NCBI GenBank assembly: GCA_036785375.1
Contig: JAWMAR010000104.1
Location: 6,076,001 to 6,140,000 of the forward strand
Direction: 5' to 3'
DNA: 64,000 bases
Origin: Leucoraja ocellata
Taxonomy: Eukaryota
Made by a program: the position numbers and the translations under genes. Below the pieces are notes generated by a model. The model ran no database searches, had not been told where the DNA came from, and saw only the letters and a program-made list of their open reading frames with translations. Below, one piece after another: positions 1 to 12,169 of the stretch. Numbering within the stretch: the first letter of the stretch is position 1; each line of letters opens with the position of its first letter.

Positions 1-590
1 ATCTACCCTTCTCCTTTGCTCCGCCTATCCTACTTCACTTTGACTGCAGTGTGTTTATAGCATTATCCGATTGGATAGCATGCATCAAAAACCTTTTCAC
101 TGTACCTCAGTACATGTGACAATGGCAAACTTAGACACAACACTTGGTGAAATTGGTGGGAAGGTACTGAATAACAGGGATTGCATGTGGAAAAATACCA
201 TGAAATTGCTGCAACTGTTTGTTACCAACAGGAAACGGCATAATTGTGTGCAGTTGTGGTCGCCCCATTACAGGAAGGATGTGGAGGCTTTGGAGAGAGT
301 GCAGAGGAGATTTACCAGAATGATGCCTGGATTAGAGGGTATTAGTTACAAAGGAGATGTTGGATTAAATATGGATTAAAAGATGTTTCTATGGAATGCC
401 AGAGGCGGGGAAGGAAGAAAGGAACGTGAGAAGAGGGAGTGGGGTTACAGGAGCGAGTGGAAAGTGGGTGGGCGGCATGGATAGGCAGTGGGCAGGCGGG
501 TCTGGTTCATTGTGCCACGTGTATGGGGATAGAGTGAAAGAGTTTTCTCTTGTATGTTATCCCAAGCAATCATTGAGCTGTACAGCACAG
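1..590 (+). repeat. Local duplication with 3115-3720 (rps14 intronic blocks)
   Basis: Colinear compound block of repeat tail + unique sequence + CR1 piece; ORFs 71-379 and 3320-3805 are near-identical over their shared part. Confidence 0.9.
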
Positions 591-1634
591 AACCATGCTC
601 TTCTGCTCATCTTGTCCATGTTGGCAAATTGGGCTAGCCCCATACGTCTGCATTTGGCCCATGTCCCTCTAAATACTTCCTGTCCTTGTTTCTGTCTTTT
701 ACAAGGTGTTGATTGTGTCTGCCTCAGTCAATTAAACATGGTCAGTTGTTATGTATAAATGTGGCAGATCTGTTTGCAGTAAAGCTGGGAAGATGCTTCA
801 AAATGAAATGGGAGTGAGGTGAGAAGTTTGGAGGAACAGAATCTTCACTGTTGACGGATCCTTAATAGTAACTGGGCAGATAGACTAAGTGATTCTGGAG
901 GTAAATGTGATGCTTTCCCTTGAGCCAAGGCATAGAATATAAGAGTAGAGAAGTTATCCTAGTTCAAAATGTTCAGTTCTTGTTAGGTCACAGCTTGAGA
1001 TCTGGTAACTGGGTCATAAGCAATGGGAGTAGAATTAGGCAATTCGGCCCATCAAGTCTACCCCGCCATTCAATCATGGCTGATCCTATCTCTCCTAACC
1101 ACATTCTCCTGCCTTCCCATAACCTCCGAAGTATGCTTTACCGATAGAAGAGTAGAGTGTTATTTTGTTGAGGAAAGAGACAATGCAGTAGTAACTCGGT
1201 GGGTCATGCACCATCTCGACCAGCTTTCTCCCCCACCCCATACAATCAGTCAGAAGAAGTGTATAACCTGAAACCTATTCATCGTCTCCAGAGATGATGC
1301 CTGACCCACTGAGTTACTGCAGCACTTTGCATTTATCTTTCCTATAAAGCTGTAACATGACTTCCTGACTCTTGTACTCAATGCCGTGTAGGCAAGCATA
1401 CCATATGACTTCTTTACCACTTTGAGAGACAATGAGGAAGAAGATGGAAGTATCCACCTTTGAGTATTCAAGGACTCCCTAAGTTCCCCTGATTCCCTTA
1501 TTGATCCTTACTCCATTTCCGCGTTGCTGTCAATGAGATCTTGCAGTATCCATCTTGTCTGCCAGTTGTTTGTGCAGCATCTGGGGATATCCTCGGATGT
1601 GAAGTGTCTGTATTATGTTCCACACTCGCGTTAA

Positions 1635-1811
<177 letters not shown>

Positions 1812-2188
1812 TAAGTAAACGATTGCGCTGAAATCCATTGTGTTTAATTGTCATGTGTATTGAAATGGAATAATGCAATTCTTACTCGCAGCAGCACACA
1901 GAAATGTGAACAACATACAGAATAGATTATTTCTTCTTTCGTGTCCATCTTCCATGTTTCAAATGTTGACATTGCTGTCAAAGGAGGACAAAGTTTAAAA
2001 GAGATGTATGGGGTAGATTTTTACACGGAGGATCATGGTGGAGGTAGATAAGGTAGTTATGTTCAAGAGGTGCATGGAGTGATGGGGATCACATGCAGGT
2101 AGATAAGAGCTGGAGGGTGGAAAGGGGGAGGTGAGGGAGGATGTAGCTCTATAGGACTTTGGCTGGGCTGTATTTGCATGCGGTTCTG

Positions 2189-2319
2189 GTGCAGGATAAG
2201 TTACACCCCGGCTGCTCCGTGCCGATGGTGTCGTTCCCCCTGCACAAAGCAACACGTTTCCCTCTATCCTCGTCTGCCAGCAACCCCTGGCTGATGGGGA
2301 CGCTTGGTCACGTACACTA
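2189..2319 (+). ncRNA. SNORA63: H/ACA snoRNA SNORA63 (E3), copy 1, in the rps14 intron after coding exon 1
   Basis: Hairpin GTGCAGG...CCTGCAC, H box AAAGCA (2246-2251), second hairpin, ACA (2314-2316) + 3 nt; 131 nt; contains the E3 signature blocks TGTCGTTCCCCCTGC and GGGACGCTTGGTC. Confidence 0.88.
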
Positions 2320-5102
2320 ACTCCAGCGTTCCCGGCACGTTGCTCGCTCTTGCTGGGAGCCCTGCTCTCTGGGGTGGCTTTTTGTTTCGCACCAACCCTT
2401 CACTTGGAGGGTTGCCATCTTAACACCATCCCATACAATCGCTCTACCCATTTAAATCTCTCTTCTATAGTACTGTAATTGGAAAAAGTTACTTTTATAA
2501 TAACTAAATGTGTTCGCTTCTTAATAAACAGACAATACGCAAACTGTTTGGTAGACCAGTTCAAAACTACTTATCGGCCGATGGAAGGGAGGGGGAACTC
2601 CAGTCAAGTGACCAATATAGACACTTCACTGTCCTCAGTCCACTTCTCTGAACAACAGAATTACATTGTATTTATATAGTGTTTTTTTGTCACCATAGCA
2701 CATTCTACAGACATTAGTCATGGTCAGGGGTACAGGAAAATAAAGGTTTCTACAGAATGCATCACATCAAAGGCATTTTGTCACATGGTACAAGATATAT
2801 TAAAAACATTGGCCATTTGGTTTACGCCATTTTACTTTTCAAATGCATCAAAGCGATCTAGCTGCTTCTCTGGTTCCTCTCGTCACCTCCTCCCTCATAG
2901 ACATAGGACACTTGGTTTACGACATTTTACCTTTCAAATACATCAAAGAGATCTAGCTACTTCTCTGGCTCCTCTCTCGTCACCTGGGAGACAAATGCAT
3001 TTCTGTATTAATCTACTGGAGAAAAGCCTAATTTGGGACTAAATATAAACTAAGCTAGCCCAGGAACCATTTTAATATCTTCTTATATTTTTAACTTAAT
3101 TTGGCTTTATCACAATCTACCTCATCTCCTTTGCTTCACATATTGCACTTCACTTTGACTGTGGTGTGTTTATGATTAGCATTATCCGATTGGATTGCAT
3201 GCATCAAAAAGCTATTCTTGTATTGTACCTCAGTACAAGTGACAATGGCAAACTGAAACACAACACTTTAAACTTACAAAGATGAAATTGGTGAGCAGGT
3301 ACTGAGCAACAGGGATTGCATGTGGAAAAATACCATGAAATTGCTGCAAATGTTTGTTACCAACAGGAAATGGCATAATTGTGTGCAGTTATGGTTGCCC
3401 CATTACAGGAAGGATGTGGAGGCTTTGGAGAGGGTGCAGAGGAGATTTACCAGAATGATGCCTGGATTAGAGGGAATTAGTTACAAAGGAGAGGTTGGAT
3501 TAAATATGGATTGTTTTCTCTGGAATGCCAGAGGCGGGGAGGGGAGAAAGGAATGTGAGAGGAGGGAGTGGGGTTGCAGGAGCGAGAGAGGAAAGTGGGT
3601 GGGCGGTATGGATAGGCGGTGGGCAGACAGGTCTGGTTCATTGTGCCACATGTATGGGGATAGAGTGAAAGAGTTTGCTCTTGTATGTTATCCCAAGCAA
3701 TCATTGAGCTGTACAGCACAATTTGTCCTCGTCAGTCCAGCAACCCCGGCTGACGGGCTTATCTATGTACGTCAATTGGTACCAAATAATAAAAGGCCTG
3801 GATGAGGATAGGGTATTTTCAGTAGTGGGAGAGTCTATGCTAGGAGGGAACAGCCTCAGAATAAAAAGATGTGTCTTTGGAATGGAGATGGAGAGGGATT
3901 TCAGCCAGATGGTGGTTTATCTGTGGATATATCTATTGGGTATTTTTTAAGTGGTGATCGACAGATCCTTGACTACTGAGGGTGTCAAGGGTTACGGGGA
4001 GAAGGCAGGAAATTTGGTTTGAGAGGGGGAAATACATCAGCCATGATTATTCAGCGTAGTAGACTCGATGAACTGAACGTGCTAATTATTCTCCTATGCT
4101 TCTGGCTTGGGGCTGCGCTGGTAGCTAGTCCTGAGACGAGTCGGTATGGACAGTAGTGATCCACAGATTCACCAACCATCTCTAGTCAAGGGCTCTGCCT
4201 GGCAGAGACCTAGGGTAGTTGACGCACTCTACACAGCTTGAATCTGACTTTTCTGTACAGGTTGACTCAGACTGAATTGTGTCTATGCCTAGGCATCTGG
4301 AGATAGCTATCCTCAAGTTGGCAGTGATCCGTGTTCACTGAATACCACTTGTGGCTCGGCAGAGATGGAGTTCGTTCATTGTCATGTGTACCGAGGTACA
4401 GTGAGTAAAAAGTTTTTGCATGCTAACCAGTCAGCAGAAAGACTATATTTGATTGCAATCAAGCTGTCCACGGTGTACAGATACAGGATAACGGGAGTGC
4501 AGGGTAAAATCCAATTAAAGATCATGCAAGGGTCTCCAATGAGGTAGATGGGAGGTCAGGACCGCTCTCTGATTGTTGATAGGATGGTTCAGTTGCCCGA
4601 TAACAGCTGGGAAGAAATCTGAAGGTGTGGGTTTTCAGACCTCTTGCCTGATGGGAGGGGGATGTAGAGGGAGTGAGGGGGGTGTGACTGGTCCTTGCTG
4701 TTGGCCTTGCCAAGGCAGTGTGAATTGTACATGGAGTCAATGAAAGGGAGGTTGGTTTGTGCGATTGTCTGGGATGTGCCTACAACTCTGCAATTTCTTG
4801 TCGTGAATGGAGCTGTTCCCAACCCATGCTGTGATGCATCCTGATAAAGATGTTTTTTACATCTGTAGAAGTTGGTGAGAGTTGTTGGGGACATGCTGAA
4901 CTTCCTAAGTCACTTAAGAAGAGGGGTTGGTGTGCTTTTTTGGCCATTGTTTTAATGTAGATGGTGCAGGACAAGTTATGTCCATGGGCTCCTCTGGCCG
5001 GTTCTGGGACGTCGACACAATCTGTCATTGGTGGGGCTTGTGTTTCCTTGCTGCAATGGGATTGTGGAATCTCTTAGTGACCCAGCTTCTCCCTTGTCGC
5101 AG

Positions 5103-5264
5103 GGAGACCATTTGCCGCGTCACCGGTGGCATGAAGGTGAAGGCAGACAGAGACGAGAGCTCGCCGTACGCCGCCATGCTGGCAGCCCAGGACGTGTCCC
5201 AGAGGTGCAAGGAGCTGGGCATCACCGCTCTCCACATAAAACTCCGCGCTACTGGAGGCAACAG
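5103..5264 (+). CDS. rps14: RPS14 coding exon 2
   Basis: gcag|G GAG ACC...; [54 protein letters not shown]; donor AG|gtcagt; 162 nt, phases fit. Confidence 0.98.
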
Positions 5265-6160
5265 GTCAGTGACTTTGAGATGACACCGTGGTAGAGTTGC
5301 TGCCTCACAATGTCCGAGACTGGTTTGATTATTACTAGGATGCCGTTTGCACGTTCTCCCTGTGACTGCGTAGGTTTTCTCCAGGTGCTCTGGTTTCCTC
5401 CCTCATCTCAAAGACTTGCGGGTTTGTAGGTTAATTGGTAAATTGCCGCTAGTGTGTAGGGAGTGGGATAACAGAACTAGTGGGAACGGGTGATTGATGG
5501 TCAGCGTCGTCTCGGTGGGCCAAAGGGCGTGTTTCCGTGCTGTGTATCTAAACTAAACCAGGGTTTGGGGAAGAGATGGGGTTGGTGGGATGGGGAGGGT
5601 GTTATTATTCCAGCATACCGTGATTTCCCACTGGAATGGAGGGATGGCATTAAATGCAGCGCAAGGTACATCGTGCTGTTTGGTGCTGCAATTGTCATTC
5701 CTCCTGTTTAAAAAAAAAAACAGGGTTTTGTGTTGACAGGTTGGTAGGTCACGCACATTTCATTCCAAGTATCTCCGTGGGGCCGGTATGTAATTGGGTC
5801 TTAGCTTTAGGTTTATTATTGTCATGTATTAGGGCAGCAATGTGGTGCAGCAGTAGAGTTGCTGTCTTATAGCGCCAGAGATCCAGGTTCAATCCTGGTT
5901 ACACGTACTGTCTATACGGTGTTTGTATGTTCTCCTTGTGATTGCGTGGATTTTCCAAGATGCTCTGTTTTCCTTCCACACTCCAAAGACGTGCAGGTTT
6001 GTAGGTTAATTTTCTTCGGTAAAATTGTAAATTATCCCTAGCGTGTAGGATAGTGCTAGTATACGGAGTGATCGCTGGTTGGCGTGGACTTGGTGGTCCA
6101 TCCGGCCTGTTTCCGCGCTGTCTCTCAAGTCTAAAGAACCGTTCTCATGTTCTTTCCCAG

Positions 6161-6237
6161 GACCAAGACCCCTGGACCTGGGGCACAATCGGCTTTGAGA
6201 GCTCTTGCTCGATCTGGAATGAAGATTGGACGGATCG
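6161..6237 (+). CDS. rps14: RPS14 coding exon 3
   Basis: cccag|G ACC AAG; [25 protein letters not shown]; donor G|gtgagt; 77 nt. Confidence 0.98.
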
Positions 6238-6602
6238 GTGAGTGCTTGGCTACGTGGATACATACCCCTCTGGATTTTTTTCTGCTGAGGTTGAGGGGAG
6301 ACCTGATAGAAATATATATTATGAGAGGCATAGATAGGGTCGACGGTCATAACCAAGGTGGACTGGGAGGGGTGGGGGGGGGGGGGGGGGGGGGCATACA
6401 GGGAAGGGGACAAAGTTTAAAGGAAATGTATGTGGTAAGTTTTTACACAAAGGATCATGGTGGAGGTAGATAAGGTGGTTATATTTAAGAGGTGCATGGA
6501 GGGATGGGGATCACATGCAGGTAGATAAGAGCTGGAGGGTGGAAAGGGGGAGGTGAGGGAGGATGCAGGACTTTGGCTGGGCTGAATTTGCGTGCGGTTC
6601 TG

Positions 6603-6733
6603 GTGCAGGATAAGTTACACCCCGGCTGCTCCGTGCCGAGGGTGTCGTTCCCCCTGCACAAAGCAAAATGTTTCCTTCTATCCTCGTCTGCCAGCAACCC
6701 CTGGCTGATGGGGACGCTTGGTCACGTACACTA
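6603..6733 (+). ncRNA. SNORA63: H/ACA snoRNA SNORA63 (E3), copy 2, in the last rps14 intron
   Basis: Near-identical to copy 1; H box, ACA box and both guide pockets intact. Confidence 0.88.
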
Positions 6734-8465
6734 ACTCCAGTGTTCCCGGCACGTTGCTCCTTCTTGCTGGGAGCCCTGCTCTCTGAGATGACTTGTTTTG
6801 TATCAACCTTTCGTTTGGAGTGTAGCCATCTAACACCATCCCATACAATCACGCTATTCTTTTAAATCTCTCTATTGTATTGTAACCTACCCCATCCTCT
6901 TTGCTCCAACTAAGTACTCAAGTACTAAGTACTTGAGTTTGACTTTATTGGGTGATGCATAGTACAATCTGACTTGATAGCACGCAACAAAACGCTTGGT
7001 ACAGGTGATAATAGTAAAACAAAACCTGTGGAGTATTGCGTGCAGTTCTGGTCGCCCATTACAGGAAAAATCTGGAGGTTTTGGAGAGGGTGCTGAGTAG
7101 CTTTAGCAGAATGCTGCCTTGATTAGAGGGCCTCGGCTGCAAGAAATTTAATTTATTGTCACTTGCATTGAGGTACACTGGAAAGCTTTTTGTTGCGTAC
7201 TGTCCACTCAGCAGTATGACTATACGTGATTACAATCAAGCCTTCCGCCTTGTACAGATATGGGATAAAGGGAATACAATTTTGTGTAAGGTAAAGTTCA
7301 ATTAAAGATAGTCCGAGCGTCTCCAATGAGGTAGACATTTGCTTAGGACTGCTTTCAAGTTGTCGATATGATGATTCAGTTGCCTGATAACAGCTGGTTC
7401 CTGAATCTGGAGTTGTGTGTTTTCACACTTCTCTGCCTCTTGCCTGGCAGGCAGACTTGATAGAAGTAATGAAATGATGAGAGGCACGATGGGGTAGTCA
7501 GTCGGAACCCTTTTCGCAGGGTGGAAGTGTCCAACACCAGATGGCATGGTTGTAAGGTGGGTGGGGCAAAGTTTAATGGAGATGTGCGGGGCCGCGTTTT
7601 TTTGCACAGGTGCCTGGAACCTGCTGCCTGGGTTGGTAGTGGAGGCAGATACGATAGTAACCTTTAAGAGACTTTTGGATAGATATATGATTATGTGCAG
7701 AAAAGGACAAAGAGAAAGAAGGGTGTTTAATGAATTGGGCACCAGCACTTCTACCGGAGAAATCCAGACTGAGAGACCATGATCTCAATATAGAACAAAA
7801 GACCAGCAAAAATGTTGTACGGTGTAAGGAGGTGGTTTAGCTCATTGAATCTCTCCAATCCTTTTCCCAGTAAAGCATTAGATATTTCCTTTCAGTAATT
7901 TCTGACTTTACTTTTAAAATAAATGTCCATTGATTCTGCTCTCATTGCCCTTTCAGGCAGAAAGTTCCACTCAACAGCAATTTAAACATTCTCCTGGTTT
8001 GCCCTCTGGTTGATCTGCCACTGATTCAAAGTGAAAGGACTTTGTACAAATGACACCCTACTTGTCAACATCCCTGGCACAGTAAAGCTGCTGCCTCGTA
8101 GCGCCAGATACCTGGGCTCCATCCTGACTGCATGGTGTTCGCACCTTCTCCCTTTGACCGTGGGTTTCCTCCGGATGTTCCGGTTTCCTCTCACATTCCA
8201 AAGATGTGCGGATTTGTGGATTAATTGGCCCAAGTGTGTAGGGCGTGGATTAGAAAGTGGGATAAAATAGAACTAGTATGACTGGGTGATTAGTGGTCGG
8301 TGTGAATCGAAGGGCCTGTTTCCGTGTTGTATCTTTGTACGATCAATCAATGTGGTCCAGTAAAATAATTAAATAGCGTGGATGTTGATTAAATGGTGAG
8401 AAATAATCACTCGGCTTGTTTGGATTGTAAACTTTGCGTTTGCTGTATTTAAAACTAGTTGGTGA

Positions 8466-8675
<210 letters not shown>

Positions 8676-8702
8676 AGGTTTTCTATCTGCAGCAGTATAA
8701 CT

Positions 8703-8708
8703 AATAAA
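8703..8708 (+). terminator. rps14 polyadenylation signal AATAAA
   Basis: AATAAA 27 nt after the stop codon, consistent with the short 3' UTRs of ribosomal protein mRNAs. Confidence 0.85.
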
Positions 8709-9387
8709 AGAGTTCTGCTGATCACTGTATTCCACTTCAATTCCTGCCAACTCACATATTCAAGATTACATCTATAAATGACGTACATCTACTTACTTTT
8801 GTCGGGGCACCCGCATCAGTAGCTTTGTGTTTGTGTTCCATCCATCAACTGGAAAGGATGCGGAGACGGCAGGGTAAGATCATGTCATAGGAGCAGAAAT
8901 AGGCCATTCAGCCCATCAACCATTAATTTATGGCTGATCTATCAACTCCTTTCTCCTTACTTCTCCCTGTAACCTTTGACACCCTTACTAATCAAGAGCC
9001 TGTCAATCCATGCTTTAAAAATTGAATTGGCCCCCACAACAGTCTGCGGCAATGAAATCCACAGATTCACCACCCTCTGGTAAAATAAATTGCTCCTCGT
9101 CTCCATTCAAAAGGTTCATCCTTTTATTCTGAGGCTGTGCCCTCCAGTTCTAGACACTCCCTCTACTGGATGTAGTCAGGGCAGTGAGTAGAAGTGTCTT
9201 ATACTGACAGCAAAACAATGTTCTGTCTGGTTTCTTCCCACACTCTGAAATCATACAGGTTTTCAGGTTAATTGGCTTTGGTTTTTTTTTAAAAGGCTAC
9301 GTTGTCCCTAGTGTGTAAGATAGTGTTATGTACGTGTTGATCAGCATGGACTCGGTGGGCTGAAAGCTTGTTTTATTTTTATACATA

Positions 9388-9565
9388 CAGTGCCCTCCAT
9401 AATGTTTGGGACAAAGACCCATCATTTATTTATTTGCCTCTGTACTCTGCAATTTGAGATTTGTAATAGAAAAAATCACATGTGGTTAAAGTGCACATTG
9501 TCAGATTTTAATAAAGGCCATTTTTATACATTTTGGTTTCACCATCTAGAAATTACAGCAGCGTT

Positions 9566-9597
<32 letters not shown>

Positions 9598-10945
9598 CCA
9601 TTTCAGGGCACCATAATGATTGGGACACAGCAATGTCATGTAAATGAAAGTAGTCATGTCTAGTATTTTGTTGCATATCCTTTGCATGCAATGACTGCTT
9701 GAAGTCTGCGATTCATGGATGTCACCAGTTGCTGGGTGTCTTCTCTGGTGATGCTCTGCCAGGCTTGTGTTGCAGCCATCTTTAGCTTATGCTTGTTTTG
9801 GGGGCTAGTCCCCCAGTTTTCTCTTCAGCATATAAAAGGCATGCTCAATTGAATTCAGATCGAGTGATTGACGGCCACTGAAAAATTGATAATTTTTTAG
9901 CTTTGAAAAAACTCCTTTGTTGCTTTAACAGGATATTTGGGATCATTGTCTTGCTGTAGAATGAACAGCCGGCCAATGAGTTTTGAGGCATGTGTTTGAA
10001 CTTGAGCAAATATGATGTCTCTACACACTTCAGAATTCATTAGCTGCTACCATCAGCAGTTGTATCATCAATGAAGATAAGTGAGCCCGTACCTTCAGCA
10101 GCTGTACATGCCCAGGCCATAACACCCCCACCACCTTGTTTCACAGATGAGGTGGTGTGCTTTGCATATTGGGCAGTCCCTTCTCTCTTCCATATTTTGC
10201 TCTTGCCATCACTCTGATATAAGTTAATCTTCGCCTCATCTGTCCACAAGACCCTTTTTCCAGAACTGTGGTTGCTCTTTTAAGTACTTCTATGGACACT
10301 GGTCATTGACAAACCCACACCTGACTCCTGAAGAGTGTTTCTGATCTGTCGGACAGGTGTTTGGGGATTGTTCTTTATTATAGAGAGAATTCTTCTGTCA
10401 TCAGCTGTGGAGGTCTTCCTTGGCCTGCCAGTTCCTTTGCGATTAGTAAGCTTGCCAGTGCTCTCTTTCTTAATGATGTTCCAAACAGTTGATTTTGGTA
10501 AGCCTGAGGTTTGGCTGATGTCTCTAACAGTTTTATTCTTGTTTCTCAGTCTCAAAATGGCTTCTTTGACTTTCATTGGCACAACTTTGGTCCTCATGTT
10601 GATAAACAATAAAAAGTTTCCCAAGGTGATGGAAAGACTGGAGGAAAGACTAAATGCTGAGAGCCCTCTTATACCTCCGGAAATAGGAGGCATTTAAACA
10701 CATGAGCAATTACAAACACCTGCGAAGCCATGTGTCCCAAGCATTATGGTGTCCTGAAATGGTGGTGGGGATGAATAAACAGCTGTAATTTCTACATGGT
10801 GAAACCAAAATGGATTTTTTTTTAAACCCCTTTCATAAAATCTGACTGCACTTTAACCACGTCATTTTTCCTATTACAAATCTCATTGTGGAGTACAGAG
10901 GCAAATAAATAAAAATATAGGTCTTTGTCCCAAACATTATGGAGG
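9388..10945 (-). mobile_element. Tc1/mariner DNA transposon, degenerate
   Basis: TA|CAGTGCCCTCCATAATGTTTGGGACAAAGACC left end; long inverted repeat at right with the last few nt lost; transposase fragments with GRPRKT (10280-10693) and WTDE...VKQGGGGVMAWAC (10040-10249). Confidence 0.92.
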
Positions 10946-11030
10946 TGGCTATGTTAAATATAATGTGTGTCTGGTCTCTGTCCCACCTGCTGTACTGTGA
11001 TCCACAGGTAGATGGCACCAAGCTTACATT

Positions 11031-11155
11031 CTGAAGAAGGGTCTCGACCCGAAACGTCGCCCATTCCTCTCCAGAGATGCTGCCTGTCCCACTGAGTTAC
11101 TCCAGCATTTTGTATCTACCTTCAATTTAAACCCACATCTGCAGGTCTTTCCGAC
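11031..11155 (+). mobile_element. Penelope-like terminal fragment carrying a minimal hammerhead ribozyme core (representative of many copies)
   Basis: CTGAAGA-A-GGGTC-TC-GACCC-GAAA-CGTC followed by the family consensus GAGATGCTGCCTGTCCC..TGAGTTACTCCAGCA. Confidence 0.65.
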
Positions 11156-11191
11156 ACTTGCATTTTAGGATGATGAGCCTAAACACTAAAT

Positions 11192-11514
11192 CAGGTGTCA
11201 GCAACCTATGGCCCCCGGGCTGAATGCGGCCCGTAACCCGAAATCATCCGGCCCGCATCTTCTGTGAACATGTTTAAGAAAGAACTGCAGATGCTGGAAA
11301 AATGGAAGGTAGACAGAAATGTAGGAGAAACTCAGTGGGGGGAGACGTGCAAGGATTGCATGGGACTGCCTCACCTGCTGAGTTTCTCCAGCATTTTTGT
11401 CTACCTGTGAACATGATTTGATGTCTGCCATCCGGGATGAGATCCATGTGTACACGTGATAGATGTGGCCTGCCATCCACTAACAGACATGCAGAACAAG
11501 TTTGCCCACCCCTG
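11192..11514. mobile_element. Non-autonomous hAT element containing a small secondary insertion
   Basis: CAGG...CCTG termini and an 8-bp TSD CACTAAAT (11184-11191, 11515-11522). Confidence 0.75.
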
Positions 11515-11523
11515 CACTAAATC

Positions 11524-11556
11524 CTGATTGCTGCTGATGACTCACCTGTTGCTGGG
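11524..11556 (-). promoter_or_regulatory. Distal X1-X2 module with a CAAT-like box
   Basis: Minus strand CCCAGCAACAGG-TGAGTCA-7 nt-CAATCAG. Confidence 0.55.
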
Positions 11557-12038
11557 CAGAGGGACCAGGTTGAGATGTGTTTTGGTATACCGAGGAATGG
11601 TGAAGTAATGATCATGAGGTGGTTTCAGCAGCATTTCTGTAAACTTACTCAAAGCAATGTCCCAGAAAGGGCATGGTTCCGAGTGAGTGCCACTCTGGGA
11701 GGGGCAGTACTGAGGGAGTGGCGCACTTTTTTCCAAAAATAAAAAAGTCAATTATTTATAATAACATGTACAACACAAAAGAATACAAACAAACCCATAT
11801 AACACAAAGTATTAGATATTTCACTATCCTTATTAAGGACACTATATCCCCCGCGGTGCCCAGCAGTCCCGAAAACCCCCCATGGCGCACCTGGACATAT
11901 ATGGGGTCAGTTTTTACACAAAGGATCATGGTGGAGGTAGATAAGGTAGTTATGTTTAAGAGGTGCATGGAGATAAGAGCTGGAGGGTGGATGCAGCTCG
12001 GTAGGACTTTGGCTGGGCTGAATTTACATGCGGTTCTG

Positions 12039-12169
12039 GTGCAGGATAAGTTACACCCCGGCTGCTCCGTGCCGAGGGTGTCGTTCCCCCTGCACAAAGC
12101 AACACGTTTCCCTCTATCCTCGTCTGCCAGCAACCCCTGGCTGATGGGGACGCTTGGTCACGTACACGA
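12039..12169 (+). ncRNA. SNORA63: SNORA63 (E3) copy 3, downstream of the rps14 poly(A) signal (orphan; expression uncertain)
   Basis: Same 131-nt hairpin-H-hairpin-ACA sequence inside a duplicated ~500-bp block; no evident host intron. Confidence 0.75.

Noticed and set aside
71-758. ORFs with QLWSPHYRKDVEALERVQRRFTRM (also 3320-3805, 62651-62992 and many others)
   Set aside because: Decayed CR1 ORF2 fragments, not host genes
1995-2255. Repeated ORF-like sequence at ~2.0, 6.5 and 11.8 kb suggesting a small gene family
   Set aside because: Similarity is explained by the duplicated SNORA63 block; reading frames are not conserved between copies
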